Origin: an uncultured Eubacteriales bacterium
Lineage (GTDB): Bacteria > Bacillota > Clostridia > Oscillospirales > Acutalibacteraceae
Assembly (NCBI GenBank): GCA_964597515.1
Contig: CAZQXZ010000001.1
Span: 1-36,740 of the forward strand
Direction of reading: 5' to 3'
Length of the DNA stretch: 36,740 nucleotides
This document shows, piece after piece, positions 25,216 through 33,915 of the stretch. Each line of letters starts with the position of its first letter. Position 1 is the stretch's first letter. The notes beneath the pieces were generated by a model. The model saw only the letters and a program-made list of their open reading frames with translations, was not told the origin of the DNA and made no database searches. Both the position numbers and the translations under genes were made by a program.

Positions 25216-25334
25216 GAGAATTTAACTGGAAAACAGTAAATTAAGAGAGGGCTTGCGCCCTTGCCTGATTTTAATTGGGGTGCGGGGCGTTGCCCCGCCC
25301 ATAATTTTCCATTTTCAATTTTTAATTTATTTTT

Positions 25335-25350
25335 TGTTCCACGTGGAACA
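25335..25350. other. parS site (identical second copy)
   Basis: TGTTCCACGTGGAACA, 135 bp from the first copy and abutting the EF-G terminator U-run. Confidence 0.75.
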
Positions 25351-25383
25351 AAAAACACCGCCCCTCGCTCGGGCGAAGGGCGG
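25351..25383 (-). terminator. Intrinsic terminator of the EF-G paralogue
   Basis: Minus strand reads CCGCCCTTCGC-CCGA-GCGAGGGGCGG, then TGTTTTT. Confidence 0.65.
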
Positions 25384-25400
25384 ATGCCGATATTGCTAAT

Positions 25401-27479
25401 TTATTCCTCTTCTTCCTGTGCCTTCTTGGCTTCCTCGATAACCTTTTGCGCCACGCCCGCCGGAGCTTCCTCATAACGGGCGAACTCCGTTGAAAAATAG
25501 CCTCTGCCCTGAGTCACCGAGCGCAAAACCGTTGAGAAATCGCCCATTTCAGCCATAGGAACCTCCGCCACCAATTCCTGCATTTTCGGTTCGTTGGCGG
25601 GTCCCATTCCTAAAACCCTGCCGCGGCGTTTCGTTATATCGCTCATAATATCCCCGAGGTTGTCATCGGGCATATACGCCTTAAGTGTGCCGATAGGCTC
25701 AAGTATCGCCGGATTTGCCTCCGGAATGGCGGCCTTAAACGCAATTTGGGCGGCGGTTTTAAACGCAAGCTCCGAGGAGTCTACCGGGTGATAGGAGCCA
25801 AAGTGGAGCGCCGCTTTAATTCCGACCATCGGATAGCCTGCGACTATTCCTTTCGCCACGCTTTCCCTTAGCCCCTTTTCAACAGCGGGGAAATAATTCT
25901 TAGGTACCGCGCCGCCGACTACCTCGTCGGACGTAAACACAAAATCCTCCTCGCCTGAGTAAGGCTCAAAACGGATGTATACGTCGCCGAACTGACCGTG
26001 TCCGCCGGACTGCTTCTTATGGCGTCCCTGTTTGTCAACGACCTTGCGGATAGTCTCCCTATAAGCCACCCTGGGCACTGTAAGGTCTACCTCTACGCCG
26101 AATTTACTCTTCAGCTTGTTCACAATAATATCAAGGTGCTGCTCGCCGAGACCTGAAACCACCTGCTCCCTTGTTTCCTCGTTTGTGGCAAATCTGATTG
26201 TCGGGTCCTCTTCCATCAGCTTCTTAAGCCCCGAAGCGACTTTATCTTCCTCGCCCTTCTTGCGCGCCTTTACGGCCATCGAGAGGCAGGGAGACGGGAA
26301 ATCGACGCCTTTGAGCTTCAGCACTTCCTTCGCGGAGCAGATAGTATCACCCGTGTTAACGCCCGAAAGCTTTGTAAGGACGGCAATGTCGCCCGCGTTG
26401 ACGACAGACGTCTCCTCCTGCTTCGCCCCTTTTACAAAAAGGAGCTTCCCCATTCTTTCCGTCTCGCCGGTGGTGGCGTTATACGCCGGAACGTCCGACG
26501 ATATTTTGCCTGAAACAACCTTAAAGAAAGACATCTTGCCCACAAAAGGATCCGCAACGGTTTTGAAGCACACCGCGGCGAGAGGCCCGTTTTCGTCGCA
26601 GACAAGCTCTATTTCCTCATCGTTCGCGCCAAGCGCTGTCTCTTTCGCCGCCGACGCCGCCGGAGCTATCTCTGAAACGACGTCAAGTATCATATCAACG
26701 GCGTCGGGAGCGGTTCCCGAACACGCGAATACCGGATAAAGCTCTCCTGAGCCGACGCCGGCTCTAAGCCCTCTGAAAACCTCGTCGAGAGTAAGCTCTT
26801 CATCGTTAAAAAACTTCTCCATAAGCTCTTCGTCGGCGGAAGCTACCGCTTCCTTGAATATATCCCTCAGCGCGTCCGCGGCGGCATTCGAGGGGAGGGG
26901 AGTCTCTTTCCCCTTGCCGTTCGCGTATTCATACGCTTTGTTTGTTGTAAAATTTATAAATGTTTTTACACTGCCGTCCTCCATAACGGGAACGGTTACC
27001 GGACACACCTTTGCGCCGTATTCAGCTTTAAGAGCTTCAAAAGTTTTATAAAAGTCCGTGTTTTCCGCGTCCGTTTTCGTTATTACAAACATTTTCGCGA
27101 TAGAGCGGGAGTTCGCGGCTCTTACTGCCTTTTGTGCGCCGACGTCAAGCCCGCAACCCGCGGCCGTTACGATAATCACGCTCTCAGCAGCCCGCACACC
27201 CTCACTGACTCCGCCCGCGAAATCGAAAAAACCGGGAGTGTCTATAAGATTAATTTTCTTTCCTTTCCATTCAACCGGCGCGACAGCCGCGGAAATCGAG
27301 ACGCCTTTCCTTTTTTCCTCGGCGTCAAAATCCATAACGGTATTGCCGTCGGACACTTTGCCGAGCCTGTCCGCACCGCCAGAGACATAAAGCATCGCCT
27401 CGCACAGCGTGGTCTTGCCCCTGCCGCCATGCCCTGCCACCGCGATATTGCGGATGTTGCCCGCGTTATAAGCTTTCAA
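25401..27479 (-). CDS. Elongation factor G paralogue (EF-G2-type translational GTPase)
   Basis: 692 aa. G1 motif AGHGGRGKTT (a variant of AHIDAGKTT), G3 motif DTPGFFDF, and EF-G domains II-V recognisable. Confidence 0.9.
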   Translation of the reverse strand: MKAYNAGNIRNIAVAGHGGRGKTTLCEAMLYVSGGADRLGKVSDGNTVMDFDAEEKRKGVSISAAVAPVEWKGKKINLIDTPGFFDFAGGVSEGVRAAESVIIVTAAGCGLDVGAQKAVRAANSRSIAKMFVITKTDAENTDFYKTFEALKAEYGAKVCPVTVPVMEDGSVKTFINFTTNKAYEYANGKGKETPLPSNAAADALRDIFKEAVASADEELMEKFFNDEELTLDEVFRGLRAGVGSGELYPVFACSGTAPDAVDMILDVVSEIAPAASAAKETALGANDEEIELVCDENGPLAAVCFKTVADPFVGKMSFFKVVSGKISSDVPAYNATTGETERMGKLLFVKGAKQEETSVVNAGDIAVLTKLSGVNTGDTICSAKEVLKLKGVDFPSPCLSMAVKARKKGEEDKVASGLKKLMEEDPTIRFATNEETREQVVSGLGEQHLDIIVNKLKSKFGVEVDLTVPRVAYRETIRKVVDKQGRHKKQSGGHGQFGDVYIRFEPYSGEEDFVFTSDEVVGGAVPKNYFPAVEKGLRESVAKGIVAGYPMVGIKAALHFGSYHPVDSSELAFKTAAQIAFKAAIPEANPAILEPIGTLKAYMPDDNLGDIMSDITKRRGRVLGMGPANEPKMQELVAEVPMAEMGDFSTVLRSVTQGRGYFSTEFARYEEAPAGVAQKVIEEAKKAQEEEE

Positions 27480-27724
27480 TATTTTTCCTCCTTAAGGCCT
27501 TGTTTTTCAGTTCTTCCGCCAATTCCCAAAACACGGTGCTTTGCGGAAGCATATGGATGAATTATAGCATAACATCAAAATAATTACAATATTTTTTTTA
27601 GGCGTTTTTTAAATTAATGTTGAATTGCTGATCGAAATATGATAGTATCTATAAAGGAAATCTATACGCTGCTTCAAATGACGGCGCAAAAATATTTTAT
27701 ATTCGTTTCTCGGAGGTGTGTTTT

Positions 27725-29491
27725 TTGAAAAACACAGGTAAAATAGCTATTTTGGCAATGCTCATCCTTTCGGTTTCCATAGCTTTCGCAAGCTGTAAGA
27801 AGCCTAATAAGGGCGTGCCCGTAACGGACGAATACGGGAACCCTATTACAAACGCGAACGGCGAGGTTATAACCGTTATCCCCGAAACCGAAATAGTAAC
27901 GGTGACAGACGAAAACGGCATAGCCGTAACGGATAAAAACGGCAAAGCCCTTACAACCGTAATATACAACGATGTCTCCGTCGCCATCCCCGTTACGGAC
28001 GCACACGGCAAGGCCGTCACGGATAAGGGCGGCAACCCTGTTACCGAAAATATTGTCGTAAAGCCGACTTATCCTAAGGAATCGGGTAAATCCACAGGGA
28101 AGCCGGGCACTACTTCGATAATACAAGTGCCTCTTACAGACGGTTTGGGCAACACGCAGACCGATACGAACGGCAACGTCGTCACTTACGAGAAAGTCGT
28201 CTCCGACCCTCCCTCAACCACCTTTCAGGCGACAAAGACAAGCTGGAAAAAAACCTTTGGCGGAACTCTTCAGGACTATATCTCGGACGTCGCTCAAACG
28301 AGTGACGGCGGGTGTATTGCCACTGTCGTAACAAACTCCTCCGACGGCAACCTGAAAGGTCTTATGGAAGGATACAGCACTCCCGCGACAGCCGTTGTAA
28401 AATATGACAAGGACGGGAACATCGTATGGAGAAGCGTTATGGGCGGTACGGGAGTCGTAACGCTCACTACCGTTAAAACAGCGGGAGACGGCAGCATATA
28501 CGCCGCCGGTTATTCGACGGTGCCCGGAGACGGTCAGAGCAAGCGCGGCTCTTATGACGCCGTTGTCTACAAGCTCGACAGCGGCGGCAATAAACTCTGG
28601 TCAAGAAGCTTCGGCACTTCGACCGTTGATATGTTTATAGGTATAGAAACGCTCAGCGACGGAAGCGTGGTATGCGTGGGTTCGGTAGGCACCAATGACG
28701 GCGACGTCGCCGAGTTTAAACGCACTTTAACAGACTCCTCTTGCTGCGCCGTCAAGTATTCCTCCTCCGGAGAGAAGCTTTGGGCTAACGTGACAGGCGG
28801 AGCTCAGGACCGTTTTGTCAATATCTGCGCCGCTAAGGACGGGGGCTTTTACGTTTCCGCCGTGGTTTACTCGGACTTCTTCTTTAAGTGTATGGGAAAG
28901 AGTGACGCCGCCGTCATAAAGCTTGACAGCAAGGGCAAGGTAATATGGAAAACTTCGGTTTCCGGCTCCAACATCGAATATTTCCCGGGCATTGCTCTTG
29001 CGAGCAACGGCGACGGCTGCGTGATAGCCGGGCGTTCAAATTCTGCGGATGGCTTCTTCTCAGGCGAGCTGGAGGCTAAGGGCGAATATGACGCGTATAT
29101 TGTCAGGCTGGACGACGACGGGCTCATTTTTTGGGGCAGCCCGTTCAGAGGTCAGTATGACGACAGCTTCTCCGATATAATCTGTACGGCTGACGGATAT
29201 GTCGCCGCGGGTTACTCCAAATCTTCCATAAGGGATTTAAGGGTTGTCGGCAACAACGGCGGTCAGGATATGGTCGTGGCGTGCTTCACATACGGCGGCG
29301 AGCTTGACTGGGTCAAGGGCTTCGGCGGCAGTCATGACGAAACGGCCGAGGGGATTTGTGCCGTTACCGGCGGCGGAGGTTATATTTGCGCCGGCAGGAC
29401 GCTTTCCTCGGATAACGACCTGCAAGATATTTCGGGACAAAAAAGCAACGGCGAATACTCGGTTGGCGTACTGTTCAAGTTTGCTAAATGA
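27725..29491 (+). CDS. Lipoprotein with VTD-repeat linker and seven-bladed beta-propeller (SBBP-like repeats)
   Basis: TTG 27725 lies 8 nt after GGAGG (27712-27716). Lipobox IAFASC. Repeats of the form VTDxxGxxVT. Seven ~50-aa repeats each start with W (WKKTFGG, WRSVMGG, WSRSFGT, WANVTGG, WKTSVSG, WGSPFRG, WVKGFGG). Confidence 0.75.
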   Translation: MKNTGKIAILAMLILSVSIAFASCKKPNKGVPVTDEYGNPITNANGEVITVIPETEIVTVTDENGIAVTDKNGKALTTVIYNDVSVAIPVTDAHGKAVTDKGGNPVTENIVVKPTYPKESGKSTGKPGTTSIIQVPLTDGLGNTQTDTNGNVVTYEKVVSDPPSTTFQATKTSWKKTFGGTLQDYISDVAQTSDGGCIATVVTNSSDGNLKGLMEGYSTPATAVVKYDKDGNIVWRSVMGGTGVVTLTTVKTAGDGSIYAAGYSTVPGDGQSKRGSYDAVVYKLDSGGNKLWSRSFGTSTVDMFIGIETLSDGSVVCVGSVGTNDGDVAEFKRTLTDSSCCAVKYSSSGEKLWANVTGGAQDRFVNICAAKDGGFYVSAVVYSDFFFKCMGKSDAAVIKLDSKGKVIWKTSVSGSNIEYFPGIALASNGDGCVIAGRSNSADGFFSGELEAKGEYDAYIVRLDDDGLIFWGSPFRGQYDDSFSDIICTADGYVAAGYSKSSIRDLRVVGNNGGQDMVVACFTYGGELDWVKGFGGSHDETAEGICAVTGGGGYICAGRTLSSDNDLQDISGQKSNGEYSVGVLFKFAK

Positions 29492-29503
29492 TAAGGTTGG
29501 ATT

Positions 29504-30391
29504 ATGGAAAAAGTTTATTTTACCGTTGACAGCGCGGGTGATTTGCCTGACGGTTTCGCTTCGCGCTATACGGATTTTGAAATTGTCCCTCTCCACATTA
29601 TCCTCGGGGACAGTTGTTTTGAGGACGGCGTAAATATCACGGCTTCGGACGTTATAGCTTATGTGGACAAAACAAAAACTCTTCCGAAGACCTCCGCCGT
29701 CACGGCAGGGGAGTACGCCGATATTTTCACGAGACTTACGGGTCTCGGCTTTTCCGTCGTTCATATAGCGCTTTCCTCGACTTTATCGGCGTCATGCCAA
29801 AGCGCGCTTATCGCCTCGGAAGGCTTTGATAACGTACACGTTATAAATTCTCTGCTCGTATCCTCGTCAATTGCGCTGCTTCTTATGAAGGGCTGTGAAA
29901 TGCGCGAAAAAGGCTTTTCCGCTTCGCAAATCACCCATATGCTCGAAAAGATGAAAAGCGAGACCGTTACCACCTTTATAATTGACAAGCTTGATTATCT
30001 TCATAAAGGAGGCAGATGCTCCGCTGTTTCCGCTTTCGGAGCCAACGCTTTGGGCATTAAGCTTTGTATCGAATTGCGCGAAGGCTCGCTTTGTATCAGG
30101 AAAAAGTACAGAGGGCGGCTTTTGCAGTGCCAACAGGCATATATAGACGATGTTCTTACGGCTCACGGCTCAAATATTGACGACAGCGCCGTAATACTCG
30201 GCTATACGCCCGGGCTTTCCCCCGAAAACGAGGAAATTCTTATAAACCAAATAAAAAAGAATTATGCGTTTAAGGAAGTATTAGTCGCGCACCCGGGTTG
30301 CACCATCACATCCCATTGCGGACCCGATACCATCGCTGTCCTTTTTATGACTAATTCTAATGAATTGAGGAAATCGAATGTATCGTCTTAA
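29504..30391 (+). CDS. DegV family fatty-acid-binding protein
   Basis: 295 aa. N-terminus VYFTVDSAGDLP, internal GGRCS-type motif (LHKGGRCS), typical DegV length. Confidence 0.85.
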   Translation: MEKVYFTVDSAGDLPDGFASRYTDFEIVPLHIILGDSCFEDGVNITASDVIAYVDKTKTLPKTSAVTAGEYADIFTRLTGLGFSVVHIALSSTLSASCQSALIASEGFDNVHVINSLLVSSSIALLLMKGCEMREKGFSASQITHMLEKMKSETVTTFIIDKLDYLHKGGRCSAVSAFGANALGIKLCIELREGSLCIRKKYRGRLLQCQQAYIDDVLTAHGSNIDDSAVILGYTPGLSPENEEILINQIKKNYAFKEVLVAHPGCTITSHCGPDTIAVLFMTNSNELRKSNVSS

Positions 30392-31382
30392 TCCCGAATG
30401 CTGGGGCGGCTGTGTCGCCGTCCCCGATTTGGTGTTGGAAAGGCATTTGAAGCTTGCCTCCGGAGCCTGTTTTAAGGTTTTGCTTTACCTTCTCAAAAAC
30501 GAACCCCCGAAATCCGACGGCGATATCGCCGCGGCGACAGGACTGTCCGCCGGTGCGGTTTTAGACGCCCTTTTGTATTGGGAGCGGGAAAACGTGCTTA
30601 TCGCGAACAAAAATCCGCCGCAGGAAAAACCGGAAACGGCACAAAGTTCCGTTTCCTCCCCGCTGCCCTCCCCGCAAAAGGAAAAGGCGATTGTTAGTCC
30701 GCCTCCATTACTTCCGATAAAGCCTCCTACGCACGCCGAAATAGCAAAAAGGCTTTCCGAATCGGACGAATTGAATTTTGTATTCAGCGAGGCGCAAAAC
30801 GTTCTTTGCGAAACCTTCGGGTACAACACCCAGGCAATACTTCTTATGGTATACGATTATTACGCGTTCCCGGCTGACGTTATACTGATGCTCGTACAGC
30901 ACGCAAGACTTCTGTCGAACACCTCGTCCGCAGGCATTAAGAAAATTGCGGAGGGCTGGGCGAAAAACGGCGTCAAAACTCTTGCTGACGCCGAAAAAGA
31001 AATCGGCAGGCACAACAGGATGCTTTGTACATACGCAAACCTTTCTAAAACATTTCATTTTAACTTAAAAACGCCGAACGACACGCAGTCAAGATATTTG
31101 CACAGCTGGCTTGAAACGCTCGGTTTTGACGCGTGCGTAATATCTCTCGCGTTTGAGAAGGCACAGTCGGACGGCGCTGACAACTCTTTTTCACAGGTAA
31201 ACAAAACGCTCAGGCAATGGTATGACAGAGGATACCGCGACGCTGAAACCGTTTCGGCAAAGGTCTGCCCTGCAGGTAAATTTAAGACGAGCGAACCGGA
31301 GCGCTCTTATGACAAGGTAAAAATGGGACGCTCCGTTATTCATGACTGGATAAATAAAACGGAAGGCGGTAATACTGGATGA
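30378..31382 (+). CDS. DnaD-domain replication initiation/helicase-loading protein (DnaB/DnaD-like)
   Basis: N-terminal winged-helix-like region, a Pro/Ser linker and two DnaD-like repeats (...IAEGWAKNGVKT..., ...TLRQWYDRGYRD...). Translationally coupled to the dnaI-like gene. Confidence 0.7.
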   Translation: MYRLNPECWGGCVAVPDLVLERHLKLASGACFKVLLYLLKNEPPKSDGDIAAATGLSAGAVLDALLYWERENVLIANKNPPQEKPETAQSSVSSPLPSPQKEKAIVSPPPLLPIKPPTHAEIAKRLSESDELNFVFSEAQNVLCETFGYNTQAILLMVYDYYAFPADVILMLVQHARLLSNTSSAGIKKIAEGWAKNGVKTLADAEKEIGRHNRMLCTYANLSKTFHFNLKTPNDTQSRYLHSWLETLGFDACVISLAFEKAQSDGADNSFSQVNKTLRQWYDRGYRDAETVSAKVCPAGKFKTSEPERSYDKVKMGRSVIHDWINKTEGGNTG

Positions 31383-32362
31383 GGTACGGGGAAGAAGCTT
31401 ACAAGAGGGCACAGGAGGAGCTGAAAAGGCGCCGCGAATCTGCGGAAACGCTAACCTGGCTGCGCCGTGAAGAGGTGTTAAAAAAATGCCCCGAACTTAC
31501 GGTCGTTGAAGAGCAGATGAAATGCGCGGTGCTTGAGGCGACTTCCCTTTTGGGCAAGGATGAAAACATAGAAAAAACGATAAAGAAGCTGCGCCGCCAG
31601 AACCTTCATGCGCAAAAGGACCGCGAGGAGCTTTTAAAGCTTGCCGGTTTTCCAAAAAACTACCTTGAGCAACAGTATGAATGCCCTCTTTGCGAGGACA
31701 AGGGCTATGTTGACGGGCGCTATTGCGCCTGCCATCTCAATTTGCTTAAAAAATACGCCTGCGAAGAGCTTTCAAGAACCTCTCCTTCTGCGGCGTGTAC
31801 ATTTGAGAATTTTGATTTGTCGTTCTATCCGGTAAAAAAGGATCCCGATACCGGCGTGAAGACGCGCGACTGGATGAAAAGCGTCCTCAATTACTGCCAA
31901 AATTACGCAGATACATTTACTCTGAAATCGAACAACGTCCACCTTTGCGGCAGAACCGGACTCGGCAAGACGCACCTCTCCCTCGCTATCGCGAACGCAG
32001 TTACCCAAAGGGGTTACAGCGTTATTTACATAACCGCTCAGAATATGCTCAGAAGGCTTGAAAAAGAGCATTTTTCAAGGGATTTAGAGGAGACGAGCGA
32101 GGAGTTTTATCTTGACTGCGACCTGCTCATAATAGACGACCTCGGAACAGAATTCCAGACGTCTTTTTCCGACTCGGCTCTTTACAATATAATTAATTCG
32201 CGTATTCTCACAGGCAAGCCGGTAATCGTCAACTCAAACCTCTCGGCGGACGAGCTTGATAAGAAATACGGCGAAAGAATGGCTTCGCGGATAGGCTCCT
32301 ATGACCTTGTCACCCTCCGCGGCTCAGACATCCGGCAGCTGAAGGACAACCGGAAAGATTAA
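31379..32362 (+). CDS. DnaI/DnaC-like helicase loader ATPase
   Basis: ATGA overlap with the upstream gene. Zn-binding N-terminus CPLCEDKGY..YCACH. Walker A GRTGLGKTH and Walker B LLIIDDLGTE. Confidence 0.85.
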   Translation: MRYGEEAYKRAQEELKRRRESAETLTWLRREEVLKKCPELTVVEEQMKCAVLEATSLLGKDENIEKTIKKLRRQNLHAQKDREELLKLAGFPKNYLEQQYECPLCEDKGYVDGRYCACHLNLLKKYACEELSRTSPSAACTFENFDLSFYPVKKDPDTGVKTRDWMKSVLNYCQNYADTFTLKSNNVHLCGRTGLGKTHLSLAIANAVTQRGYSVIYITAQNMLRRLEKEHFSRDLEETSEEFYLDCDLLIIDDLGTEFQTSFSDSALYNIINSRILTGKPVIVNSNLSADELDKKYGERMASRIGSYDLVTLRGSDIRQLKDNRKD

Positions 32363-32487
32363 ATTTCCCATCCGTAAGCGCGGGCTGAAACGGTAAACGC
32401 GAAAAGCACTGCCCGCGCCTGTTTAAATCGTCAAGCGTGGGTTTATTTAAATTTTACATATAGAATATTTTAAGGACTGAGCGTTTT

Positions 32488-32913
32488 ATGCTTTTAGGAA
32501 TATCACCGATTATTTCTCCCGAGCTTCTGAAAATACTTTGTGAAATGGGTCACGGCGATGAAATAGTCATAGGCGACGGCAATTTCCCCGCCGCCTCCGT
32601 TGCCAATAGGCTTATACGCTGTGACGGACACGGCGTTTCGGAGCTTCTTACCGCCATTCTAAAACTGTTCCCGCTTGACTCCTATGTCGAAAGCCCCGTA
32701 ACGCTTATGCAGGTTACGCCGGGGGATACGACGGTACCCGTTATCTGGGACGAATACAAAAAAATAGTGTCAGACGCCTGTCCGAATACAAGGGTTTCGG
32801 AAATTGAGCGCTTCGCTTTTTATGAGAGGGCTAAAAACGCCTACGCCGTAATCTCGACGGGCGAGCCGGCTCTCTATGCAAATATCATTCTGAAAAAAGG
32901 CGTTATAAATTAG
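32488..32913 (+). CDS. fucU: L-fucose mutarotase (RbsD/FucU family)
   Basis: ISPIISPELLKILCEMGHGDEIVIGDGNFPA...RFAFYERAKNAYAVISTGE..YANIILKKGV closely parallels E. coli FucU as I recall it. Confidence 0.85.
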   Translation: MLLGISPIISPELLKILCEMGHGDEIVIGDGNFPAASVANRLIRCDGHGVSELLTAILKLFPLDSYVESPVTLMQVTPGDTTVPVIWDEYKKIVSDACPNTRVSEIERFAFYERAKNAYAVISTGEPALYANIILKKGVIN

Positions 32914-32952
32914 CCTTTTTCAAAGAAATAAATCGGAAGGAAGGAAAATTAT

Positions 32953-33816
32953 ATGCCGGTTACTTCATTCACGGATATCTTTAAGGTTTACTGGTCTGTT
33001 CTTTGCGCTCTGATGCTTATCATATCCGGTGTGCTGCCTCTGGCTGTCCCCGAGGGTGCTGTTCTTATTGACACTCAAACCTTCGTTATGACGGACGCTC
33101 TCACACGCGCTCAGGGTATGACTACCGATGGGGAATACTACTATTTCAGCTCTAATTATTTCCTTATCAAGACTACGCTTGAAGGTGAAACAGTAACGAA
33201 AAACCTAATGGCAATTCCCGCCGACCTTTTGCTTCGCGGCTCGAACCACATCGGCGGGTGCAGTTATTACGACGGGAAAATCTATGCCGCCGTAGAGGAC
33301 GGGAGCGATTATCTTTATCCGTATATCGTGATTTATGACGCTTTGACCCTTGAATATACAGGACAGAGATATTTGCTTCCGCAGGAGCTTCATATCGACG
33401 GCGTTCCGTGGTGCGCCGTGGATTCCGACAGGGGATACCTTTATACCGCCGAATGGAACCACGCCTGCGCGCTCAACGTTTTCGACCTTGACACGATGGA
33501 GCTTGTAAAGACCGTTCCTTTTGTGGATGAATTGAATAATTTAATTGAGCTTCACCGTATACAGGGCAGCGAGGTGTACGCGGGAACTCTCTACTGCTCA
33601 AGCGATATCGGAGAAACTCAGCCCGTATATTCCGTAAATCCCGATACGGGGCTTGTCGCCGAGCTTTTCAACCGCAACCTCGGCGAAGGAGCTGAAGCGG
33701 AGGGGATGACTATTCTTGAAGACGCAAGCGGCGGATTTATAATAGTAACTATGGATATCGGGCAGTTAGGCGGAGTCCCCATAAACGTTAATATAAGAAA
33801 ATATGTATTGAATTAG
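32953..33816 (+). CDS. Hypothetical exported or membrane-anchored protein, probably beta-propeller-like
   Basis: N-terminal hydrophobic anchor. Recurrent G-x-T/S-x-DG..YY / G.LY motifs. I do not recognise a family. Confidence 0.55.
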   Translation: MPVTSFTDIFKVYWSVLCALMLIISGVLPLAVPEGAVLIDTQTFVMTDALTRAQGMTTDGEYYYFSSNYFLIKTTLEGETVTKNLMAIPADLLLRGSNHIGGCSYYDGKIYAAVEDGSDYLYPYIVIYDALTLEYTGQRYLLPQELHIDGVPWCAVDSDRGYLYTAEWNHACALNVFDLDTMELVKTVPFVDELNNLIELHRIQGSEVYAGTLYCSSDIGETQPVYSVNPDTGLVAELFNRNLGEGAEAEGMTILEDASGGFIIVTMDIGQLGGVPINVNIRKYVLN

Positions 33817-33825
33817 CCCGATTAT

Positions 33826-33898
33826 AATCCAAAAACGCTTTGCGTTTTTCCTTTAAATCTAATGTCTAATATCTAATATCTAAAATCTAAAATCTAAA
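33826..33898 (+). repeat. Hairpin-plus-six-heptad element, copy 2 (plus orientation), directly upstream of the fucI SD
   Basis: AATCCAAAAACGCTTTGCGTTTTTCCTTTAA + ATCTAAT GTCTAAT ATCTAAT ATCTAAA ATCTAAA ATCTAAA. The hairpin at 33832-33851 also serves as the terminator of the upstream gene. Confidence 0.8.
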
Positions 33899-33915
33899 CT
33901 TCGGGGGTTTTATTT

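Noticed and set aside
25000-25400. The gene-free block next to rsmG/parB as the replication origin
   Set aside because: I found no cluster of DnaA boxes (TTATCCACA/TGTGGATAA) and no dnaA or dnaN nearby. The only partial DnaA-box-like sequence I noticed is a single GTATCCACG near 14733.
24901-25476. ORFs 24901..25239(+), 25134..25358(-) and 25261..25476(+) spanning the parS/hairpin region
   Set aside because: The peptide FVPRGT appears twice simply because it is the translation of the parS palindrome. There is no RBS, the region is packed with hairpins, and the ORFs overlap the ends of real genes.
27674-28126. Minus-strand ORFs of 150 aa and 112 aa opposite the start of the lipoprotein gene
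   Set aside because: They are an artefact of the GTAACGGA-type DNA repeats that encode the VTD stalk. Their protein sequences are repetitive and implausible.
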